Below are positions 59,976 through 64,000 of a stretch of DNA of 64,000 nucleotides, in pieces. Position 1 is the first letter of the stretch. Each line of letters begins with the position of its first letter. The notes under the pieces are model-generated. The model searched no databases. It worked only from the letters and a program-made list of their open reading frames with translations, and was not told where the DNA came from. A program made the position numbers and the translations under genes. The DNA is from an uncultured Nitrososphaerota archaeon (GTDB lineage: Archaea; Thermoproteota; Nitrososphaeria; Nitrososphaerales; Gagatemarchaeaceae), in the NCBI GenBank assembly GCA_963718895.1, contig CAVRAG010000008.1:1504001-1568000 (forward strand), read 5' to 3'.

Positions 59976-60086
59976 CGTCAAAGTGGCGCGTACGACATCG
60001 TCCTCGCGACGTCAAAACGAGATTCGACGCGATGAGATGGTATGACGTCAAACCGGGATTTGACACACGTCAAATAGCATCTCGAC
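59976..60086. promoter_or_regulatory. Array of four GTCAAA-N6(8)-TTTGAC-like palindromes
   Basis: GTCAAAacgagaTTCGAC (60011), GTCAAAccgggaTTTGAC (60047), GTCAAAtagcatCTCGAC (60069), plus a weaker copy at 59977. Confidence 0.6.
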
Positions 60087-60355
60087 ATGCTCGGTTCTAA
60101 ATAGCGATCCAGACGAACCATCCACGCTCATATCGTCCCGACGTTCAAACCCCGTGTTTTTGTCTTCCTACTCTCGAATCTAACTGTCCAACTACTTGCC
60201 TTTCATCCCTCGCTTCCCCTGATCTTCTGATCTTACTGCCTGTCCTCCAACCTCGCTAATGCTCAGGCCACGTACTCCGTTTCTCCTACCAGCTCCGAAT
60301 CCATGACCTCCCAGTGCGCTCGCTACCGACGACTGAAGCTCTGATGTGATGCCCA

Positions 60356-61657
60356 ATGTACGAAGAAGATCTGCATCCATATGAAGTACCCAAACCGGGA
60401 ATTGGTACCTCATCTGACGAACGAAGGCCGCCTGGCTCTGGACCCGTCGCTTTCTTTGTCCGCAGTAGCCAGCATGGTTCCCGCACCAATGAGAGAGAAG
60501 AAGATGTACCAAGGCTTGTTGGAGGCAATAGGCCGTTTCCCCGTCTCGGAAGTCTGCCTACGAGCACCCCATATATCACGTGCCTGCGGGCTGCGAAATA
60601 CTTCGATGGCCTCGCCCTGATTGTGCCGAAGAGAGCGCTGCCAGAGCACTCCAAGAGCGACATACTCGAGATTAAGGTCGCCAGATGCGCCGAACCCGAG
60701 AAGGAGCTGTCGCTGTACGGGAGACATCAACCAGGATACAAGTGCGCGAGGCTCGATCTGAACCAGATTGAGGTAGCTTACGGCGAAGAGTTCTGGGTTA
60801 GATCGGTAGGGAAGTATCTGCCTCAGAAGTTAGCATCTGAGTACAACCTCATGAAACCGATAGGCCTAGAGAATACAGAGCTGATTCTGGACGGAAGGCC
60901 TTGCCTGAGAGTGGACGGGACTGAGGTCAGACTGGCGGTGAAGAGGTTCAGGACCTTCGAGAGCAAGGCGATATTGGACGTGGAATTTGGTAGTGGTGGA
61001 CTGATTAGGGTGATAAGAGGGTTGGAGGGTTTCAACGTAAAGACCAGGAATCACTCTCAGGTCTACTCCATGATGACAGATGGAAGGCAGGTACTGATTA
61101 CCTACAAGATGCCAGGCGAATCGATGCACACACGAGTAGTGGACTCGAGCACGGCTAGCTATAGCACAGTCAATTCAGTGCCGGAGATTGGTAGTCGCGC
61201 AGATCTACTTGCCATACCTGATTCGTTTGAAGGAAGATATGTCATAAGGTTGAATTCACGGTTCATGGTACACATGATAGCAAAGTTGGTTAGACATGGT
61301 GCGTGCAGATATGAGAAGGTGAGAGGGGACATCGGGGAAGAAATCATAGATTCCATCCTGTCACAGATTGGCGTCCCGCAACTGATAGGTCATCCCCTGG
61401 ATCCCGGGAGGGACTACGATTCAAGTCGTAAAGGACCAGATAGCTTGAGGAAGGTCCCGATTGTCCAGCTTGGCTACTTCGAATTCAAGTGGTGGAAGGA
61501 AGCCGAGAAAGCGTCCTACGAGGCACAAGTACAAGCCAGCAGGTTCCCGCGAGGGAAGAGATTCAGGGGGCAGAGAATCGGGGGCGCTTATATTGCAAAT
61601 CTCGATTGGGATATGTCAAGCCCAATGTGCTCGTTGACCGTATCGAGAGTGTGGTGA
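60356..61657 (+). CDS. Hypothetical protein with C-terminal PD-(D/E)xK nuclease-like motif; true start probably downstream
   Basis: GDIGEEI...GPD...YFEFKW. Confidence 0.6.
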   Translation: MYEEDLHPYEVPKPGIGTSSDERRPPGSGPVAFFVRSSQHGSRTNEREEDVPRLVGGNRPFPRLGSLPTSTPYITCLRAAKYFDGLALIVPKRALPEHSKSDILEIKVARCAEPEKELSLYGRHQPGYKCARLDLNQIEVAYGEEFWVRSVGKYLPQKLASEYNLMKPIGLENTELILDGRPCLRVDGTEVRLAVKRFRTFESKAILDVEFGSGGLIRVIRGLEGFNVKTRNHSQVYSMMTDGRQVLITYKMPGESMHTRVVDSSTASYSTVNSVPEIGSRADLLAIPDSFEGRYVIRLNSRFMVHMIAKLVRHGACRYEKVRGDIGEEIIDSILSQIGVPQLIGHPLDPGRDYDSSRKGPDSLRKVPIVQLGYFEFKWWKEAEKASYEAQVQASRFPRGKRFRGQRIGGAYIANLDWDMSSPMCSLTVSRVW

Positions 61658-62302
61658 ATGTCGAGTCAAGCTGATGAGGCAGAAGCGGTTCGAGAAGTAG
61701 TGTCCGGACTCACCAACGCCGAATTTGAAATCATGGACATCAAGGACCAGCATCCGGATAGCAAGATATCTCCGATTTGGTTCATGAGTTGCCGCGAAAT
61801 CACTCAGGCGAACAAGATTCCCCACGTCCAAGCCATCTGGAGAGGGAAGGGAGAAATCCGAATAGAGTCTCTGACAATAGGCAACACTTCTGATTGGATT
61901 GAGGAGAGCGGAGGGGAGGAGGCCGTCTATCCCGTCCTGGAAATGGACCTGACGAACTTCTGGGACCCCGGGTTTCGCAAGAGGTTCCTGAGGGGGTTTC
62001 CTGACCTTAAGATAAGACTTGGATGGTGTGAGGCGATTCTTGCCGATGTCTCGAAGAAACGCGGTGTCAAGCTTGAAATCCGATTCGACGGAGGAAAGGG
62101 GCTTGCGGTATTCTACATTGACGCGAAGGTGAAGGCCACCCCGGAGAAGATTGGACTGGAAATCAAGCGCGTCGAGAACGCGTTGAAGGCGCTGAAGGAA
62201 GCTTACTCGGAGGTCGCGGGAGAGGTTCGCGACGCCGAAATGGAATCCAGAGAGTTCCGCAAATGGAAGCTAAGGGCCAGAGCGGAAGCATCAAAATCCT
62301 AG
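61658..62302 (+). CDS. Hypothetical protein
   Basis: Abuts the upstream ORF; ends just before a repeat copy. Confidence 0.65.
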   Translation: MSSQADEAEAVREVVSGLTNAEFEIMDIKDQHPDSKISPIWFMSCREITQANKIPHVQAIWRGKGEIRIESLTIGNTSDWIEESGGEEAVYPVLEMDLTNFWDPGFRKRFLRGFPDLKIRLGWCEAILADVSKKRGVKLEIRFDGGKGLAVFYIDAKVKATPEKIGLEIKRVENALKALKEAYSEVAGEVRDAEMESREFRKWKLRARAEASKS

Positions 62303-62438
62303 GACATATTGTGTATGGTGTTTATCGCACCTCCGCCCGAGATAAGGGCACCTACGCTGTGGAGCGTTGGATGATTCTAGATTTCCTCAATCGAGCATCG
62401 ATCCAACTGACTTGATTCAAGTGGGCTTGCACGGCTAC

Positions 62439-63218
62439 TCACTCCCGTAGCACGCCTTGACCACGCTCTGTTAGTTCATAGTGTTTCTTAAGCAGGCCTG
62501 TTTTCTTCAGATACCCCTTCCTTACCAAGGACTCGAAGTGGGACATGTAAGGATAAACCGGCTCCTTGCGAGTCCTCCCTACGATGGCGAGAGCATCGTA
62601 TTCGTTCTCGCTTAGGTCCGAGCGTAATTTCGGCCTAGTTCCATATTGCGGTTTGGAGACACTGTCCTTGTTTTCTGATTCCATGCTGGGCTTCAGTCGC
62701 TCGGGATGGAAGCGCCCATCGGACGAATCATAGGTACGCCTAATGGCGTCCTGCGCCTCACGAGGATATCTTTCCACTTCTCGGAGTGATATCCCTCTGT
62801 TAGGAGGTCTCTCAAAACGATACTCCTCCCGGCTTGACCTTGGTGACTTGCTTGGGGGCTTGGGTATCAAGTGGGTCTCTTTGATTTTGACGACTAGCGC
62901 TTTGAAGATTTCTTCTTCGTTTTCTTCAGAATGACCCTCCCACAGAAGTACGTTCAAGTGAGAAGCGAACGTTTCAGGCATAGTGATTGGATAACTTCCC
63001 AGTTTGAGTTTGACAGCTTCGCCAAGGATTTCGCCAAGATTGCTTGTTGGTACAGCGCACTTGGCTATTATCCAATAACCCTGACCGCTTCTGTCGAAGT
63101 AATCTCTCAGACCACCTGAGACAAAATCTCTTCCGAAAACTCTAGATTCGGTCTTCCGTTCCACCGAAATTCTTACTGTCAAACCGTTGAGAGATTGAGA
63201 TTCGGATGTTACTGGCAT
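62439..63218 (-). CDS. Hypothetical protein with C-terminal winged-helix-like motif
   Basis: SLVRKGYL.....YELTERG. Confidence 0.55.
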   Translation of the reverse strand: MPVTSESQSLNGLTVRISVERKTESRVFGRDFVSGGLRDYFDRSGQGYWIIAKCAVPTSNLGEILGEAVKLKLGSYPITMPETFASHLNVLLWEGHSEENEEEIFKALVVKIKETHLIPKPPSKSPRSSREEYRFERPPNRGISLREVERYPREAQDAIRRTYDSSDGRFHPERLKPSMESENKDSVSKPQYGTRPKLRSDLSENEYDALAIVGRTRKEPVYPYMSHFESLVRKGYLKKTGLLKKHYELTERGQGVLRE

Positions 63219-63814
63219 TTGCTAAATCCCAAAATTCTACCGTATGTCAGCCGTGGTTTCGCGCTTTCGTAGGTTAGAATCTCCTGAATGAGTTTCAGTT
63301 CGTGACATAATATAGAACGCAGGGCCATTATAGACCCGAGGGCTGTATAATCGTGCAAGTTATGAATGCTTCCTTGGCAGTGACCAGAACTTCGACTTAA
63401 GTAAGAAAGACCATGTCTATGCATAGGTTCATTGCGCCTATGCTGGCGGCATTTCCCATCAGGAGGCAATCTTCTGACAAATGATTCCAAAGCCATTAGA
63501 CAGACGCGATATTTCACTTGATGGCCACGGTTCTCTCTTTCGTGCCGTTGAGCGGGTTCCACTGACTCGAATGATGCTTGGCACGTATAGCAAATGTAAT
63601 GGGCCATGTAACCTGCTCTCTTTACCAACCTACTAGGAGGTAGCGAATTCGACTCGTAGAGGCCGCTTGGGCTGTTCATGATCTCCTTCGAAACACAGGT
63701 GTGTCGCTCCGGCAGCCTATGTTCCCCGCAGAGTGCTTTCCCACAATACTTGCACTTGAAAGGGAATGCTTCCTCGGCTCCACATTGCTGACATGAAGTC
63801 ATGTAATCAGCCAT
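63209..63814 (-). CDS. AN1-type zinc-finger protein; ORF reads through a repeat copy at ~63425, so the true 3' end is uncertain
   Basis: CQQCG...PFKCKYCG...CGEHRLPERHTC; C2H2-like CYTC...H. Confidence 0.7.
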   Translation of the reverse strand: MADYMTSCQQCGAEEAFPFKCKYCGKALCGEHRLPERHTCVSKEIMNSPSGLYESNSLPPSRLVKRAGYMAHYICYTCQASFESVEPAQRHERENRGHQVKYRVCLMALESFVRRLPPDGKCRQHRRNEPMHRHGLSYLSRSSGHCQGSIHNLHDYTALGSIMALRSILCHELKLIQEILTYESAKPRLTYGRILGFSKCQ

Positions 63815-64000
63815 AGCATATGACGGCGGCTAGTACATATCGATGTCCTGACAGCTCTTTCCCCTCCACATGAGTCGCACAATCGAGTTACCGTAAGCGC
63901 TCATTGGAAGGTTCAGAAGCTCTAGCCCTTTGTCATTCTCGAGATACCGTAAGAAAAGGCATGCCATGTGTAGGGTTCATTGCGCCTCCGCCGGGGCATT

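Larger units (their letters stand above)
756..64000 (+). repeat. Dispersed direct-repeat family (~42 copies) delimiting gene cassettes; core GGGTTCATTGCGCCTCCGCCGGGGCA
   Basis: Core copies read by eye start at about 756, 1483, 2236, 3008, 4926, 6124, 6747, 7660, 8388, 9080, 10505, 11583, 14327, 15374, 16145, 16934, 17676, 19075, 19717, 20348, 23503, 24327, 25108, 25926, 26783, 27580, 28635, 29470, 31028, 31634, 32744, 33321, 34758, 36544, 54722, 55318, 56388, 57167, 57861, 62318, 63425, 63973. All are on the + strand; some are degenerate. Confidence 0.95.

Noticed and set aside
756-64000. CRISPR array interpretation of the repeats
   Set aside because: Intervals are 0.6-18 kb and contain whole genes, repeat length varies, and no cas genes are seen.
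756-64000. Canonical integron (IntI + attC)
   Set aside because: No integrase ORF in the window. Only one GTTRRRY-type half site is present, and it is missing from most copies, while the conserved core is non-palindromic.
1-64000. IS elements or transposases
   Set aside because: No transposase-like ORF or terminal inverted repeats with target duplications were recognised.

Overview
Archaeal accessory region. Leaderless or TATA-type starts, a PEF-CTERM-like sorting tail, a thermopsin-like domain and archaeal-type VapBC/AbrB modules suggest a Nitrososphaerota-like host (inference). The dominant feature is about 42 same-orientation copies of a conserved core, GGGTTCATTGCGCCTCCGCCGGGGCA, with variably truncated flanking arms. 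The copies separate short 1-2 gene units: about 14 toxin-antitoxin pairs, paralogous membrane-anchored surface proteins, and small enzymes, some bacterial-looking. One unit (DUF433/DUF5615 TA) occurs twice, bounded exactly by the core on both sides and with different neighbours. The region therefore behaves like an integron-like gene-cassette array whose site is not a canonical attC. No integrase is visible in the window. An 18-kb repeat-free block carries a GH12/thermopsin/IPT surface protein, a GTPase plus GAP1-like operon and a tandem-repeat surface protein. A wHTH/HerA-like ATPase module with an upstream palindrome array lies near the right end. Many cassettes are frameshifted.
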